DNA from: Tubiluchus corallicola
Taxonomy: Eukaryota > Animalia > Priapulida
Direction of reading: 5' to 3'
Length of the DNA stretch: 64,000 nucleotides
NCBI GenBank assembly: GCA_030141605.1
Contig: JAQGDQ010000013.1
Coordinates: 1,316,447 to 1,380,446, forward strand
Position numbers and translations under genes: made by a program. Below, one piece after another: positions 61,372 through 64,000 of the stretch (within the stretch, counting starts at the first letter, position 1; every line of letters starts with the position of its first letter). The notes beneath the pieces were generated by a model, which worked only from the letters and a program-made list of their open reading frames with translations, had not been told where the DNA came from and did no database searches.

Positions 61372-64000
61372 CTAATTTATCAGAGTGGCTCAACTTATTT
61401 CTTTAGCTTTTTCCAAGCTAACAAACAAACAAGTTAAGTTAAAGTGCATGTGTTGTGAGTTTACTACTATTTTACTCTAGTGTGCATTTTGGATATATTT
61501 TTGTGTGTTTAGGTCATTAGGCCGTGCGATAAAACCGTAGTTTATAAAACGCGCTGTTCAACCTCAAAGAGAGCAAGCCGTTTTTATAACCAACTATATT
61601 AAAAAAAATTATATAATTTCTAGATGAGTAAATTCAAAGCCGAAACGCATGCAAAACTTTTAATTTTTAAAGTGTTTAAAAAAACTTAATTTCTGTAAGA
61701 CATCAGAACTATAAAAATTTAATTTCAACATTCAGTACGGAGAAATAATATTTAGAAAAAAAAACATTCATATGGTCATTAGTCAGCCAGAATAAAAAAG
61801 GTTTAAAAAAGATGTTTGATGGGGAATTTGTAGCATATTATGGATTATGTGAATCATTCCATTGGGCGTCTGGCAAGATGATCTGTACGGCGTTAAATTT
61901 GAAGTTTTAATGCCAATCTGAACGAAATGCAAATCACGTTAATCACTAGCGATTTTTGACAGCAAGTGTCTACCAGGGTGTCATAGAACTTTTAAATACT
62001 CGACCATGGGTGCTATGGTGTTTTGTCCAATTTGTGTTAACTATTTTAAGTACTCTGTATCTTTATTTTTTAATGAATCAGTTTTCCGTATAATCTTTTC
62101 GTATTCCCAGAATTTAGTGATACTCACATTTTCAATTACTCATTTTTATGACTGTGTTGTTTTTATCCTTGCTTTTATGATTTCATTTTGCATTTTTCAG
62201 AGTACTCCATTTTAATTTTTTTATTTTTTTATTTTATTTACCATTTGAGTAATGTTGTATGTCAATTTTCAGCACAATTTTTAGCATAGTGTATTTTAGT
62301 CGGTATGAATAGCCTATTTGGCTAATGTTTTTCCGTTGTACATTTGACTTTTAAAAAAAGATTATGTGATATACATTATGTTATGAATATATGGTACGTT
62401 ATATTTTACGTTGCACAATAATTGTAATTAAATTTAGACTATAAAGTTTAATGAAGTTGTATTGTATAAGGCGAGTTTAGAAAAAAAATATCACGAACAG
62501 GACAGTTTGTCATTTTGTGGTTATAACTTTTAATCCGTATGCCCAAAAAATTCTTTCTACTAGGAATTTCTTTAAAAACGGCTTTCTTTATAAACTATAC
62601 AGACCGTACGGAAAGTTATGCTCTAACCAGGTTTAAACACATTTAGCACGTCAGTTTCTATTATATCCAATGATGTTGTTACTGATATATGGGCAAGAAA
62701 TTATGAGAAATAATATTTTTGCCGGCGGGGCGTGTGTGACGCTCGCCTTGGATGGTAACGTACCGCCTTTGAAAAGGCACGTGAAGGTCATTTCGAGGAC
62801 GAGTGGACGACGTGTGTAATGGTAACTTAAACCAAACGTAACTCAGTCGTTTTATCAATGAACTGAGCTGCTGGCCAGCTTAAGTAGATTGGATTGAATG
62901 AAGTGTTCATTCTTACTGTAATAAGTACACGTCTACTTTTGCTTTGCCAGGCAAGTTAGTTAAAAATTAAGTTAAAAATTTTAATGTGTTTTATTTTTTT
63001 GTATTCTTGAGATGGAAATTGACGAATAACAATAAAATGGTCTTTTGAACCCATGGTTATTAATTTTGAAACCTTATTAAGCGAAAAAGTATGAAAAGTC
63101 GGCAATAAGCCTGGATTTGAACTAGGGACTTTTGGATTGTCAGATCAATGCATTGACTGCTTCAAGAATACAACTTTCCGTGATGATAAGAGATAATTAG
63201 TGTAGTTTTAGTGCAATCGAACTGTACGCTTGAAAGAGTTAGTCAGAATTTTAACACTACAGTATTTATACGAACCAATGAGATTAATTTTTGTAAATAA
63301 TTTAAATAGTTTAAATTAATCGATGATATGTAGCCTTAATTTCAAGTTTAGAAATGATAAATGAATTTTTTAAGAACCACAAAAAGTGGAACAAAAATGG
63401 ATTCGAACCAAGTACAAAATAATTAAGCACGAATAGCATGTGTTTCGCATGAGTTTTCTTTTTAAAATTTTACAAATAGTCTGAATTTTAATTTTGTATA
63501 CCCACTGCACGTACAAAGCTTCAGATATTTAAAGCAAAGCGACTGTTTTACGAATTCTCGACTTTGGCTTTAAAAACGTTTTAGTGATTAAACACATTGC
63601 ACATTAAACAAGAATAAATGGGTTTAGAAAATAATAACTAGTTTTAGTAATAACAACCTACGTCCCTAACCTATATAAACTAGATATTCGAAGTGCAAAC
63701 AATTAAACATAATTTATTATTTATCAACACCAGCTATTTTTAATGCGATAATAGTTTAACTCAGTTTATAAAAATGTCATTTCGAGAAAGAAGTGGCTGC
63801 TAGAAGCGTACAGCTGAATCATGCAGTAAAAGTCTTTTTCTTGTTTATGGAGAAAATTTTGTTGATTAATGGGTTGATTTGAGTTGAGAAAGCAATGAAG
63901 CTTGGTAGCCTAACCAGTAGCAGTTATATTGAACAGAAATGCAAGATATGTAATCACAATGCACCAAGAACAAATTATTAGATTTCGAAATCAAACCTGG

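Overview
AT-rich, intron-rich animal (invertebrate-looking) nuclear DNA, not prokaryotic; most ORF-track entries are spurious. By splicing exons by eye I reconstructed three complete multi-exon genes. (1) An RBM33-like RNA-binding protein on the minus strand (CDS 21777->3735, 17 coding exons, C-terminal RRM); its 3'UTR intron is almost entirely filled by about 38 copies of a 62-bp hairpin-forming repeat. (2) A secreted astacin metalloprotease on the plus strand (30332->39742; signal-pro-astacin-EGF-CUB-G/T/D linker-TSP1-like). (3) Mitochondrial elongation factor Ts on the minus strand (46452->40209), tail-to-tail with the astacin gene. The right-hand 15 kb holds probable 5' exons of a fourth, unidentified plus-strand gene. 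Introns and intergenic DNA carry many small transposon derivatives: pogo/Tigger, hAT, Harbinger and MULE-like MITEs, bipartite RTE-derived SINEs, RTEX/CR1-like 3' fragments and tRNA-derived elements. The most unusual candidates are the hairpin array in the RBM33 3'UTR intron, two 11-nt microexon candidates that would switch the RBM33 reading frame, a 312-bp direct-repeat-bounded element combining a tRNA-like segment with a hammerhead-like relic, and overlapping 3' ends of the astacin and TSFM transcripts. All homology calls come from remembered motifs, not database searches.
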